Below, one piece after another: positions 1 through 9,530 of a stretch of DNA of 60,140 nucleotides (its first letter is position 1; each line of letters starts with the position of its first letter). A program made the position numbers and the translations under genes. A model generated the notes under the pieces. That model was given only the letters and a program-made list of their open reading frames with translations. It made no database searches and was not told where the DNA came from. Source of the stretch: a virus (lineage: Duplodnaviria > Caudoviricetes); the IMG/VR virus record IMGVR_UViG_3300049070_000179, positions 1-60,140 of that record; one strand, written 5' to 3'.

Positions 1-201
1 GGTGAGTGGCAGCCCTCTTGCTCCTGTCCCCCATCTTCCCCCGTTCCCGCCCTCATCCTTGATCCCTTCGCTGGCTCTGGTACAACTCTCCAAGTAGCCA
101 TCAAGCATCGTCGCCAGGCTATAGGCTTTGACCTTAACTCAGCTTACGCGAATGAACTAGCAGTGGATCGGCTAGATGGTACACAAATAAACCTATTCTG
201 A
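1..201 (+). CDS. C-terminal part of N4-cytosine/N6-adenine DNA methyltransferase (continues the ORF starting at 59122)
   Basis: Frame 1 reads GEWQPSCSC...LILDPFAGSGTTLQVA...IGFDLN...QINLF*; DPFAGSGTT is SAM-binding motif I. Confidence 0.85.
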   Translation, partial: GEWQPSCSCPPSSPVPALILDPFAGSGTTLQVAIKHRRQAIGFDLNSAYANELAVDRLDGTQINLF

Positions 202-235
202 AGGCTGGACAAAAGTTAGACTTCTCACCAACCCC

Positions 236-264
236 TTGACCCCCTTCCCCAACTAGGCTAAAAT
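236..264 (+). promoter_or_regulatory. sigma70-type promoter
   Basis: TTGACC-17 nt-TAAAAT upstream of ORF 284. Confidence 0.55.
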
Positions 265-283
265 ACTACTAGCAGGATGATGG

Positions 284-802
284 GTGGATGACAACCAGCA
301 GCAGATCATTGACATTTTACGCCAGCAGGTCCAGGCTGAACACCGCAAGGCTCAGGCTATTGAGGAGCAGAACCTTTTAGCTAAGGAGTCCCTCAGAATT
401 GCAGAGAAGGCCCGACAAGCTGAAGCCATTCGTAACCGGATGTGGCTGCAAATATCTGAGGACACTGCCAACTTTATACAGAAGATCCCACAGTTTGAGC
501 TTATCTTACACGGACTATCTGACAAATTGGAGAAGCTAGAGGAGATCGAGGAGCGACTAAGCCGGCTAGAGTTGGGGCTTCTTCTCTTACTAGGTAAGGG
601 AGAGCCTAGCAAGGTCAGGGCATTGGTAAAAGACATTGAGCAGGATCACAAACAAGAGCTACTATACCGCTATTACCGACGCCTACAGAAGCTCAGGGAA
701 CAGGCAGCTTTGTATGGCTTGGCTACACCCGCAGAGATCAAAATAGATATAGAAGATGTGGAACAGAAGGTTAAAGAGCTAGAGGAGGAATTGGGTACAT
801 GA
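284..802 (+). CDS. coiled-coil hypothetical protein with C-terminal RRLQKLxEQxAxYG..TP helical module
   Basis: 172-aa ORF, ATGA-coupled to next gene. Confidence 0.7.
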   Translation: MDDNQQQIIDILRQQVQAEHRKAQAIEEQNLLAKESLRIAEKARQAEAIRNRMWLQISEDTANFIQKIPQFELILHGLSDKLEKLEEIEERLSRLELGLLLLLGKGEPSKVRALVKDIEQDHKQELLYRYYRRLQKLREQAALYGLATPAEIKIDIEDVEQKVKELEEELGT

Positions 803-1200
803 ACAAACCTATTTTATGCTTAGATTTTGACGGAGTATGTCACTCGTATACAAGTGGCTGGAAAGGCGCTGACGTTATCCCTGATCCACCTGTTGATGGG
901 CTATTTGAGTTTTTGGAGGAAGCTGCTAAGGACTTTAGAATTCAGATATTCTCATCTCGTAGTAACCAACCTGGGGGACTAGTGGCCATGATGAAGTGGT
1001 TTGATAAGTGGTATACTGTACATCTAACCAGAGGGAATCCAGAGCTAGCCTATCAGGACGAATCCATCGCTAAATTAGTTGAGTTTGTAATTGAGAAGCC
1101 CCCGGCCTTTTTGACCATTGACGACCGGGCTATTACCTTTACGGGCGAGTGGCCTGCTATTGAGGATCTGAAGAACTTTAGGCCCTGGTTTAAGAGATGA
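799..1200 (+). CDS. HAD-superfamily phosphatase-like protein
   Basis: Motif I CLDFDGVCHSY, IFSSR, K and IDDRA motif IV. Confidence 0.75.
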   Translation: MNKPILCLDFDGVCHSYTSGWKGADVIPDPPVDGLFEFLEEAAKDFRIQIFSSRSNQPGGLVAMMKWFDKWYTVHLTRGNPELAYQDESIAKLVEFVIEKPPAFLTIDDRAITFTGEWPAIEDLKNFRPWFKR

Positions 1201-1344
1201 CCTTTAATATTCACAAAAAGAACAATGGGACTTAGATATTACTCCTATTATCTGTATTCATGTGAAGACTCCAGATTCCTCTAAGCGGATATTTTGCTTG
1301 TGGTTGTGGGGTGTTCAAGTAGGCAATTTGCTGCTGAGGATAAA

Positions 1345-1971
1345 ATGAGAACAGTTGAGTATATTATAGATAGGTGGGACTCCGGCTGGTTTGCTCGCTT
1401 TTTATTGTCACCCCTGCTAGTCTCCCTCTCCCTCCTGCTTACCGACTACCTAGTATCATTGGGCTACCCTGTTGTCCTAGCTGGCTCCTACTTCTGGCTA
1501 GCCGCCACATCCATGCTCGGTGGCATACGCGCCTCTCTCCTAAGCGCCTCACTCATTGCTCTCTACGTGGGCTATAAATGGGATCACTATGGCTTCTATG
1601 GGGGCTTGCAAGTTATCCTCTACGCTTATGGAATCGCGCTAGCTGTTGGCCTGCTCAAGCACAGGGAACGCATAAAAGCTCAAGAGGCCGTCTATCAAAG
1701 GGTAAAAGCTGAGGAGAACCAAGCTAAGGCCGACTTCGTGGATTCTATCAATGGCAACATCCTGATTCTAAAAGAGCTTAATGGAGAGACCGTTGACCTT
1801 ATCAATAACTTCGATATCATGCAGCGTCATACCATCCTAGAGAAGCTGGTGTATATCCAAGGTAAATTAGTTAATGTGGCTCAAAAGGCGGTGGGTTGGC
1901 ACCAACTATACTTGGAGACACAAGAGGTTATTAAGAAGGATGACTTGGCGACTAAGAGACTGGATAATTAG
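1345..1971 (+). CDS. multi-pass membrane protein with C-terminal coiled coil (sensor-like TM domain, no kinase)
   Basis: About 4 hydrophobic segments, GGIRASLLSA motif; GAGG RBS before ATG 1345. Confidence 0.6.
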   Translation: MRTVEYIIDRWDSGWFARFLLSPLLVSLSLLLTDYLVSLGYPVVLAGSYFWLAATSMLGGIRASLLSASLIALYVGYKWDHYGFYGGLQVILYAYGIALAVGLLKHRERIKAQEAVYQRVKAEENQAKADFVDSINGNILILKELNGETVDLINNFDIMQRHTILEKLVYIQGKLVNVAQKAVGWHQLYLETQEVIKKDDLATKRLDN

Positions 1972-2191
1972 CCCTTGTTAGCAAGTCGTCGCAGAGAACG
2001 GATGAGCTTCAATTCCTTTTTAAGTTGAGGGAGAGTGATAGTTAACATCTACTTCCTCCCCTTAACCAAAAACCTAACAAACTTCACTGCCAACTCAGGC
2101 TCTAACCAACTCTCCCATATTACCCCCGCGTTGGTACCTTGCAGAACATAAATAAGGCCGTTGGGGAGTAAGCGTATCTTGAGGAAGTCCA

Positions 2192-2659
2192 TCATAAGGC
2201 ACACTCACACGCTTGCAATTCTGCTATAATTGCCTCAACTCGTTCCTCTCGTTCTTCCTCCTCAAGATCATCATCAATATCACAGTCAACTTGTTCTAAC
2301 TCGCTAGCCCAAGCTTCTAGGGCTTCAATTCGTTCTTGTAACATAAGGCCACTATCTGAGGTCTCTTGTAAATGCTCAGGCATATTACTGAGACTATATT
2401 GGCACTCATCCCGTAAATTCTCTATCTCGTTAATTAGCTCATCTCGACTTGAGCCGGGATCTTCATCGTCAAAAATGAATTCGTCTTGCAGAGTGTATAG
2501 AGTTTGTAAAAAAGATGATTGGGTAAGTTGTGACCGTTTTGGATAAGTTTTACTCATCTGTTTACTGCCAAAGCGGAATTTCCACCAGTAATACTTATCA
2601 CCCTTTTTAATGCCAGGGTAATCTTTAGCTGCTTTTTGAACTGTATGCACTTTAGGCAT
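2192..2659 (-). CDS. hypothetical phage protein
   Basis: 155 aa, part of a tightly packed leftward operon. Confidence 0.65.
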   Translation of the reverse strand: MPKVHTVQKAAKDYPGIKKGDKYYWWKFRFGSKQMSKTYPKRSQLTQSSFLQTLYTLQDEFIFDDEDPGSSRDELINEIENLRDECQYSLSNMPEHLQETSDSGLMLQERIEALEAWASELEQVDCDIDDDLEEEEREERVEAIIAELQACECAL

Positions 2660-2660
2660 T

Positions 2661-2936
2661 TTATAGCTCCTTTACTACCTTAACTTGCTCCATAAACTTC
2701 TGCAATGCCTCTTGTATCACATCGTCAGGTAAGGGTACTTCCCCGACTTTAAGGGACGAGCCACGCCCTGTCCGACTGTAATACTCATCACTAATCCACT
2801 TATGGCGGGCGCTTGACCTGTTTTGCTTGTAGTAATATTCTAGGATAACGACTATCTCTAGTCGATGACCTGTCATGGCGTGGAATTGCCATACTTCCCG
2901 GTTGAGGTTGTTAGGTTGTCTAATGACTTCTATCAT
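2661..2936 (-). CDS. hypothetical protein
   Basis: GGAGG RBS, operon packing. Confidence 0.6.
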   Translation of the reverse strand: MIEVIRQPNNLNREVWQFHAMTGHRLEIVVILEYYYKQNRSSARHKWISDEYYSRTGRGSSLKVGEVPLPDDVIQEALQKFMEQVKVVKEL

Positions 2937-2938
2937 TT

Positions 2939-3424
2939 TTATACCTCCCCGGCAACTTGGGCCAGCTTATAAACTTGGTTTTGTGCCCAGTACTGATATT
3001 CCGCAAAGAACCTCAGCCCACCTATGGGACTCCACGCACAACACACCATATCCCCTAGTTCTACCCGGAATTCCATGCCCGCTTCCTTGCCGGCTCTAAT
3101 GGCCTGGTTGCAGGTCTCATAGTCTACTGGGGAGTAGTAGTTGTGGTTTATATAGTATATCCGGTAGAGAGGTAAGGACATGTCTGATTCGCCTTCGATG
3201 AAACTCAAGGCTTCCTTAACGATGGTGAACTCCCCAAGCTTATTAGGTTGCAGTGTAAACCCCAACACTCTCATAGTATCCTCAAATACCACCTGAGATA
3301 AAATGTACTCCCTATCAAGGTTACTACTGTACACCACCACAAAGCTGTCTTTAACTGCTTTTACGGTGTAGGATATTTGCTTACCGTCGCACTCATTGGT
3401 GTAAATGTCGCCCTTACTTAACAT
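2939..3424 (-). CDS. hypothetical protein
   Basis: Operon packing. Confidence 0.55.
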   Translation of the reverse strand: MLSKGDIYTNECDGKQISYTVKAVKDSFVVVYSSNLDREYILSQVVFEDTMRVLGFTLQPNKLGEFTIVKEALSFIEGESDMSLPLYRIYYINHNYYSPVDYETCNQAIRAGKEAGMEFRVELGDMVCCAWSPIGGLRFFAEYQYWAQNQVYKLAQVAGEV

Positions 3425-3608
3425 CTTTTTTAACCTCCATTAGTCCCCATCGGGGCATGCAAACCCAACAGTTGTCAATATAGGGGTTACGGTGCGCTTC
3501 ACCTGTACAAGGAACCAATAGACCTTCTTTTTGGGCGCACTCACTACACCTAAATTTTTTATTTAGCTTGAGATAGTCAGCAGGCCGACCACATTTACAC
3601 GTTCTCAT
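3414..3608 (-). CDS. small Cys-rich (zinc-binding) protein
   Basis: CKC, CSEC, C...H, CWVC pairs; AAGGAG RBS. Confidence 0.55.
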   Translation of the reverse strand: MRTCKCGRPADYLKLNKKFRCSECAQKEGLLVPCTGEAHRNPYIDNCWVCMPRWGLMEVKKDVK

Positions 3609-3740
3609 TTTTAACAGACTCCTTCTTTAACTGTTCTAGTAACTCATTTTGCTTCCGTTCACACTCAGCGCAAACCGTGTGAGTTGTACCCTCGCCGGGC
3701 TTCTCACCCAGTTTTTTATCACACCAGGCACAGATAATGG

Positions 3741-4106
3741 TCATTTTTGGGCCTCTTCATACTGGCGCTCCAGGGCTTCGATCTCGCTCCTGACTTGCTC
3801 TAGTTCTACTTGCTTGTCAGGAGTCCAGTTCGCGTATATCTCCCCTTGTTTGGCATACAGAAGCGCTAAAGCAGCCAAGATGCGGGATAGTTGCTCATGA
3901 TGTTGGGAAGTAGTCATTTTTGAGGCTCCTTTGTGGTAGTGCTGATATAGTAGGGATTCCATTAGTCGGGTGGCGTTCGGCTCCCGTCTCAGCAAAGCCA
4001 CCAAGTCAGGAGGCAACTTAAAAGAGATGGGAACCTTTTTGTTAGGGTTAGTAGGGCGGCCTCCTGGTGGGTTACGAAGGCCGCCCCGGTTGCTTTTTTG
4101 GGTCAT
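3741..4106 (-). CDS. ribbon-helix-helix-like DNA-binding protein with GGRP basic N-terminus and fused helical C-terminus
   Basis: RGGLRNPPGGRP...KVPISFKLPPDLVALL; second RBS+ATG at MTTSQ. Confidence 0.6.
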   Translation of the reverse strand: MTQKSNRGGLRNPPGGRPTNPNKKVPISFKLPPDLVALLRREPNATRLMESLLYQHYHKGASKMTTSQHHEQLSRILAALALLYAKQGEIYANWTPDKQVELEQVRSEIEALERQYEEAQK

Positions 4107-4396
4107 TCAGTCTCCTCAATGGTGTAACAAAAGGTTACTCTATCTTTACTGCTTCGTTTGTTGCCAAACCTTATCATTAAACTTCTTTCTGCTCCATTCG
4201 CTCTTTCAGATAAGGTAAAGGTGCTATCTGAGCGGTAATAGGGTTCCATTAACTTCCATATTTGGGAAGTCATCCGATTTGGCAAATTGCCAGAAAAGGT
4301 ATACTCAGCATAGCTGGCATTGGGATAAGGTTTTTCGTAAGTGGCTTTACTTAATATCCAAGCGATTGGTGACTGGTTTAAGATTTGGTCTAACAT
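4103..4396 (-). CDS. hypothetical protein
   Basis: First gene after leftward promoter, GGAG RBS. Confidence 0.55.
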   Translation of the reverse strand: MLDQILNQSPIAWILSKATYEKPYPNASYAEYTFSGNLPNRMTSQIWKLMEPYYRSDSTFTLSERANGAERSLMIRFGNKRSSKDRVTFCYTIEETE

Positions 4397-4439
4397 TGGT
4401 GGGTTTCTCCCGTAACAGCTAATTGATATTTATGCTTAT

Positions 4440-4468
4440 AGTATATCCGATAACCAAACAAAAGTCAA
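4440..4468 (-). promoter_or_regulatory. leftward sigma70 promoter
   Basis: TTGACT-17 nt-TATACT on minus strand. Confidence 0.7.
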
Positions 4469-4499
4469 CACGGTTTTACAGTCACATTTGTATACGAAG

Positions 4500-4528
4500 T
4501 TGACTCCCTTCCCATTTACTACTATAAT
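4500..4528 (+). promoter_or_regulatory. rightward sigma70 promoter for packaging operon
   Basis: TTGACT-17 nt-TATAAT, with the start codon about 7 nt downstream. Confidence 0.75.
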
Positions 4529-4534
4529 GTAAAA

Positions 4535-4741
4535 ATGGCGACTGACTATCTCATCCTTACTCCACCTACTGAAGGTCCGTTTGTGACCATAGTAACCAGT
4601 GGTGGCGAGCCTGTTGCGTTCCAGGTGCCTCACAAGTGGAGTCAATGCATCATCCTGGCTTTAAAAGTACTAGATGCCCATGAGAAGGATTCCAACGTCG
4701 CCTCTTACGTGGAGCAGATCAAGCGAGAGTTAGGACGGTGA
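4535..4741 (+). CDS. hypothetical protein, probably leaderless
   Basis: 68 aa, GTGA overlap with terS. Confidence 0.55.
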   Translation: MATDYLILTPPTEGPFVTIVTSGGEPVAFQVPHKWSQCIILALKVLDAHEKDSNVASYVEQIKRELGR

Positions 4742-5106
4742 GAACTTATACCCCTGAACAAAAGGCCACTATCTTGGCCGCTTACGTATCTGGGCAAACT
4801 ATCGCCTTCCTCTCTAGGGAGCATGACATTCCCAAGGGAACCATTGCAGCATGGGTGAGCAAAATCCCCTCTGGCGAGAACCAAACTATTTCAGTCCAAA
4901 AAAAGAAGTCCATCGCCGATCAACTCATGGACCTGGTAGAGACCGAGATAGAATCCCTACGCCAGATATCCCTGGTAACTCGTGACCCCAAGTGGCTTAA
5001 ACAACAAACGGCTGCTGACCTTGCTATTTTTAATGGCGTTAAACATGACAAGCTATATAGAATCTTAGAGGCGTTTAGTGCTAACTCTCGAACTGCCCAG
5101 GATTGA
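4738..5106 (+). CDS. terS: terminase small subunit (HTH)
   Basis: N-terminal HTH (YTPEQKATIL...IPKGTIAAWV), immediately upstream of terL. Confidence 0.7.
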   Translation: MRTYTPEQKATILAAYVSGQTIAFLSREHDIPKGTIAAWVSKIPSGENQTISVQKKKSIADQLMDLVETEIESLRQISLVTRDPKWLKQQTAADLAIFNGVKHDKLYRILEAFSANSRTAQD

Positions 5107-6703
5107 CACCGGCCCTTTTGATTTCTCCTCTTCCAGGCTTCTCAAAAAGGCAGAGGAAGCGCCAGCCCATTGGGAGAGTTGGCTTACAACTCTCTTCCCT
5201 AATGTTTTTACCTCGCCCTTTGCTCCACGCCATGTTGACTTCTGGCAGTGGATAGAGTCCATTCAGCCTGGTATCAAGCCACAACCTTATTTTGCTATTT
5301 GGCCCAGAGGTGGCGCTAAAACTACAAACGCTGAGGCTGGCTGTGTGCGGGTAGGCGCTCTCAACAAACGCAAATTTTGCCTGTATACTCGTGGTACTCA
5401 AGATAAGGCTAATGAGTCCGTTCAGAGCATTGCGGCCCTATTAGAGAGCAAAAAAGTGGAGCGCTATTACCCTCAATTATCTTCCCGCAAACTGGGCAAA
5501 TATGGCAATTCTAAAGGCTGGCGCGTGGATACCTTACGCTGCGCTAATGGGTTTAATGTAGTGGCTCTAGGATACGACGCAGCCGTTCGCGGTGTTAAAT
5601 TAGAAGAGTACCGACCCGACTTCATTATTATCGACGACATTGACAACAAGGAAGACTCCCCAGAAGCTATAGAGAAGAAGATTAGGACGCTCACCCGTGA
5701 TATTCTACCGGCTGGCTCTACCGATGTAGCTATTTTAGGGATACAAAACCTCATTCATCCACGTAGTATATTTTCTAAGATAGCGGACGGGAGCGCGGAA
5801 TTTTTATATGATCGTATTGTGAGCGGGCCTTATCCCGCTGTCACTGATCTGGAGTATGAAGCTCGCCCTTATCCTCAAAAGGGCTACCGCATAACTAGAG
5901 GTACAGCTACGTGGGAAGGTCAGCCCTTGGAGACCTGCGAATCCCAACTAAACGAATGGGGACCTACTGCCTTCCTGCAAGAAGCCCAACACGAAGTAGA
6001 CGACCCAGCCGGTGGTCTCTACAACCACATTGAATACCGGCATTGTGAATGGAGCGAAGTACCCGACCTCATTCGCATCGTGGTTTACGTTGACCCGGCC
6101 ATTACTGATACCGATCAGTCGGATTCCCAGGGTATTCAAGCGGATGGCCTGGCGAGTGATGGTACTGTCTATCGGCTGTATAGCTGGGAACAGCGCACCA
6201 CCCCAGAGAAGGCTATTAAGCAAGCGCTGCTAAAAGCCATTGAGCTAGGCGCTGAGACTTTGGGATTCGAGACTGACCAGGGGGGCGACCTCTGGGAGTC
6301 AGAGTACAAAAATGTTTGCGCTAAGGTCACTAGGATAGTGTTAGGTAGTGACTCCTTCGATAAGTTGGATGAGCTAGATATTCAGCTTAAGGTCTTGGTG
6401 CTGGCTAAGGTTGCTGTAGAGGATATTCCCCAGGATAAGCGACAGGAAGCTATAGAGGTGCTATTCCCGGCTTTTGACTCCGTTAAGGCCGGTACTATTG
6501 GCTCTAAAATACATCGGGGTAACATCCAGGTTCTGCAATACGACCAGGGTAAATTCATCCATGTTAGGGGCACGCACAAAATATTGGAGAAGGCCCTTAG
6601 TCGCTTCCCGCTTACCAAACCTTTTGATCTGCATGACGCAGCCTTTTGGTCACAATATGCACTGGTAGGTAAGTGGAAGGACATTAAGTTTTTAAAGGTC
6701 TAA
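5078..6703 (+). CDS. terL: terminase large subunit
   Basis: Walker A PRGGAKTT, Walker B IIIDDID, RNase H-like VYVDPA, C-terminal DLHDA. Confidence 0.92.
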   Translation: MLTLELPRIDTGPFDFSSSRLLKKAEEAPAHWESWLTTLFPNVFTSPFAPRHVDFWQWIESIQPGIKPQPYFAIWPRGGAKTTNAEAGCVRVGALNKRKFCLYTRGTQDKANESVQSIAALLESKKVERYYPQLSSRKLGKYGNSKGWRVDTLRCANGFNVVALGYDAAVRGVKLEEYRPDFIIIDDIDNKEDSPEAIEKKIRTLTRDILPAGSTDVAILGIQNLIHPRSIFSKIADGSAEFLYDRIVSGPYPAVTDLEYEARPYPQKGYRITRGTATWEGQPLETCESQLNEWGPTAFLQEAQHEVDDPAGGLYNHIEYRHCEWSEVPDLIRIVVYVDPAITDTDQSDSQGIQADGLASDGTVYRLYSWEQRTTPEKAIKQALLKAIELGAETLGFETDQGGDLWESEYKNVCAKVTRIVLGSDSFDKLDELDIQLKVLVLAKVAVEDIPQDKRQEAIEVLFPAFDSVKAGTIGSKIHRGNIQVLQYDQGKFIHVRGTHKILEKALSRFPLTKPFDLHDAAFWSQYALVGKWKDIKFLKV

Positions 6704-6706
6704 ACT

Positions 6707-6799
6707 ATGTCGTTTATTGTTGGTTTGTTACTGGGAATAGCTATAGGGGTTCCGCTTGGGGTTGCTCTAGCTGTTGTTTATTTGGAGTCCCAAAAATGA
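6707..6799 (+). CDS. single-TM microprotein (30 aa)
   Basis: MSFIVGLLLGIAIGVPLGVALAVVYLESQK*, ATGA-coupled to next gene. Confidence 0.5.
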   Translation: MSFIVGLLLGIAIGVPLGVALAVVYLESQK

Positions 6800-6897
6800 C
6801 ATTGGTATTCATAGTGGGGTTTTTACTAGGTCACTTAGTTACTCTATTAGTGGTAGCCCTTGGATTCTATAGAGGTTGGAAGAGTGACCGACCCTAA
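6796..6897 (+). CDS. single-TM microprotein (33 aa)
   Basis: MTLVFIVGFLLGHLVTLLVVALGFYRGWKSDRP*. Confidence 0.45.
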   Translation: MTLVFIVGFLLGHLVTLLVVALGFYRGWKSDRP

Positions 6898-8434
6898 GCA
6901 GAAGTCACTTGAAGTCCCCTTTTTATGGCGCTTGCCCACTTTGTACCAGATGCCCCAATGGCAGCAGGCTAACCAATGGCGCTGGTTTGTGTACAACCAA
7001 CCTATTGCTATGTTATGCCGCGCTCGCCTTATTAACTATTTACTGGGCCTACCGTGGGAGATAACCGCTAAAGACCCCGCTGAGAAGGACAGCCTACAAG
7101 AGGACATTAAGTACTACACTAGCTGGGTACTGCGTCACTTCGACATTATATTCGATAAACAGTGGCAGGACTCCTTAGACTTACCCATAGGTGGCGTAGT
7201 TGAGATCGTGCGCTGGTCCGCTGGCATTAAGCCCATTATTCAGGAAGGTGACGAGGAATACAAAGTTACACGGGATCATCCTAAAGGCCATCCCTTCAAA
7301 CTCGTTAATTTAGATGGCGCTACATTGTTCCCGACTTACGACTCCGACATTCCCCTGGCGCAAAAGATACCTGAACTTGACCGAGTGGTATACTTTACCG
7401 AACCGGAAGTAGGCCGCATAGGCATCCAACCACGCACAGAGATGCGCCTACAAGGGTACTTCAAGCCTCCACCAGAGCAAATATTCCTGGCCATGCAGAT
7501 GGTCAATGACACTGACCACTATTACCATGACCTGGTGCGGGAAGTACCCCCTATTGGCATCCTTGACCTAATGGACATGAGCCAAAAGAGTGCAACTGAC
7601 TGGGTAGGGTCTGTTCGCTCTCTGTTTGAAGGGAATGATCCCTTTAAGATTCCCGTACTGTATGAGCATGAGAAGCCTGCTACTTTTATACCTTTTGGTA
7701 AAAGTCCACAAGAATTACTGTTTGATACAGCGAGTTTGCGGTATGCCCGTATTGTGGCCGGCTCTTATGGGCTGACATTAGGTAACTTGGGACTGGAACC
7801 CAAAGGCGAGACTCTAGCCGGTTCTATTCGCGATGACATGCAGGCTTCGCAGGGGTACGGGTACGTGGTGGAGAAGACCAAGAATTTATTGGATACCGAA
7901 GTCTTACCCCCCTACCTGGAATGGTCACCCAAGATACAAGACTTTGAGAAGCTAACGGGTAAAGGTCGCGCCTTTTTGGTAGTAGCCCAGGCTCTTAAAG
8001 TCGCTAAGGAGATAGGGGCGCTGCAGCCATCGGAAGCTCAGGCGCAACTTAAAAGGGATGGGTTTATTACGGTTGAGGTTGAACAACCTAATGATGAGAA
8101 GCTAGAACAGCAAAAGCAAATGAGCCAATTACCCTTTGCCACTAATGGTAATGAAGAGGCCAAAGAGATAACGGACAAAGTACCGCCCCAAGAAGGTGGG
8201 CTAGGCGACGTTAAAAAGGAGAAGGCCGCTTACACCCCTGAACTACTAGAATCCGTCGTTACCCTCATCTCTCCTATGGTCCTGCGCGGTGAAGTGGTAG
8301 AAGGCTGGCAGGATTCCTTAGATCAGTTGGTGGCTGATGTAGAAGGGGATCACTACCAACTCAAGGTAGCATTGGTGAGCGAGGCTGAACAGCGCCTACT
8401 ACAAGAGGCAAAAGATGCACAGCCAGCGTCTTAA
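6884..8434 (+). CDS. portal protein
   Basis: Position after terL, size and HK97-like portal pattern (LPWEI, DSLDLPIGG, PPIGIL); start likely GTG 6884. Confidence 0.8.
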   Translation: MTDPKQKSLEVPFLWRLPTLYQMPQWQQANQWRWFVYNQPIAMLCRARLINYLLGLPWEITAKDPAEKDSLQEDIKYYTSWVLRHFDIIFDKQWQDSLDLPIGGVVEIVRWSAGIKPIIQEGDEEYKVTRDHPKGHPFKLVNLDGATLFPTYDSDIPLAQKIPELDRVVYFTEPEVGRIGIQPRTEMRLQGYFKPPPEQIFLAMQMVNDTDHYYHDLVREVPPIGILDLMDMSQKSATDWVGSVRSLFEGNDPFKIPVLYEHEKPATFIPFGKSPQELLFDTASLRYARIVAGSYGLTLGNLGLEPKGETLAGSIRDDMQASQGYGYVVEKTKNLLDTEVLPPYLEWSPKIQDFEKLTGKGRAFLVVAQALKVAKEIGALQPSEAQAQLKRDGFITVEVEQPNDEKLEQQKQMSQLPFATNGNEEAKEITDKVPPQEGGLGDVKKEKAAYTPELLESVVTLISPMVLRGEVVEGWQDSLDQLVADVEGDHYQLKVALVSEAEQRLLQEAKDAQPAS

Positions 8435-8544
8435 AGCCTACTACAAACTGGTCAACCACGTTATAGCCGCTCTTGCTGCCCTGTTCGAGCTAGTAACCGG
8501 TGAACCCGCCCCCAAGCTCAAAGATGTACTCAGCGGGCAAGGGG

Positions 8545-8574
8545 TTGACAGAAGGTAGTAAAAGCCTGTATACT
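8545..8574 (+). promoter_or_regulatory. promoter for head operon
   Basis: TTGACA-18 nt-TATACT. Confidence 0.7.
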
Positions 8575-8632
8575 ATAACCTAATAACAACGCCTAGCTCC
8601 CCCAGGGAGCAGGGCTAAGGCAATAGCTAACC

Positions 8633-8668
8633 AATGGTCAGGCTGCCAATGTCTGACCATTTTTATTT
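8633..8668 (+). terminator. intrinsic terminator-like hairpin in leader of head operon
   Basis: AATGGTCAG...CTGACCATT followed by TTTATTT. Confidence 0.55.
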
Positions 8669-8679
8669 GTGGAGGATAA

Positions 8680-8955
8680 ATGCCAACTAAAGAATTAGTC
8701 ACTGAAGTGCAGCCCAAGACCTTCAAAGCCTTTGAAGAGATAACAGGCTCCCAGGAATACCACTACCTGCACCGAGTAGTCGGTCCGATACCTTTACCCG
8801 ATGGCACTCTAAGCGGCGACATGCTAGACCTGGAGGTTATGAACTGGCTCCAGGGGGGCTACAGAATCGCTGAAGTTCACTTCTTGGGCCAGCACAAAGG
8901 CGTCGATGGGAATGTGCATGGGTATGTGTACGGGTATCATCTGGTCAGAGGATAA
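8680..8955 (+). CDS. hypothetical protein
   Basis: GGAGG RBS. Confidence 0.65.
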   Translation: MPTKELVTEVQPKTFKAFEEITGSQEYHYLHRVVGPIPLPDGTLSGDMLDLEVMNWLQGGYRIAEVHFLGQHKGVDGNVHGYVYGYHLVRG

Positions 8956-9255
8956 GTGACCTTTACCACATGGCTACTCTACCTAGCAGCGGGCCGGCTC
9001 CTAACCTGGATGTTGCAAAACAACGGGCTAACGAAGCTCTTATGGAAGCACAACAGTACATTGAGCGAGTTAGGAAGTTGCGATCTGTGCCTGGGCTTTT
9101 GGGTTTACCTACTGCTATCCTTGAGGCTACACAAGCCTTTGAACGGCTCACTATGGCCCTTGGAGCGCTTATGCTGGGCGATGATAACGACGTTTATCGC
9201 ACATATCTTGAGGATAGGTTGGCAAACCAAATTCGGGGTAACGGTGATTGAATGA
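8956..9255 (+). CDS. membrane protein with CxxC-GFW motif (DUF1360-like)
   Basis: Three hydrophobic stretches, LGSCDLCLGFWV. Confidence 0.55.
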   Translation: MTFTTWLLYLAAGRLLTWMLQNNGLTKLLWKHNSTLSELGSCDLCLGFWVYLLLSLRLHKPLNGSLWPLERLCWAMITTFIAHILRIGWQTKFGVTVIE

Positions 9256-9530
9256 TGCCTCTCAAGAGAACACCCATTAAGCTCCTTGATAAAATGTTGG
9301 CTGCTATCACCAAAAAAGCTAAAGATGAAGATGATCGTCTCGGTATATTGGCTGTTGAGCTAGGGCTAGCTGGCGCCCAGGTACTACAGGAGCCTCCGTT
9401 TAACTTCACCCCTTCTCAAGCGACTCTGTGGCTAGATAAGATGCTGGACAGGGCTAAGGTTAACCGAGTAGCAGGACTGGCGATGCAAGCGGTAAAGCAG
9501 GTGGATGGTGATAACACAAGAGAAGGGTAA
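9252..9530 (+). CDS. hypothetical protein
   Basis: Operon packing. Confidence 0.55.
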   Translation: MMPLKRTPIKLLDKMLAAITKKAKDEDDRLGILAVELGLAGAQVLQEPPFNFTPSQATLWLDKMLDRAKVNRVAGLAMQAVKQVDGDNTREG

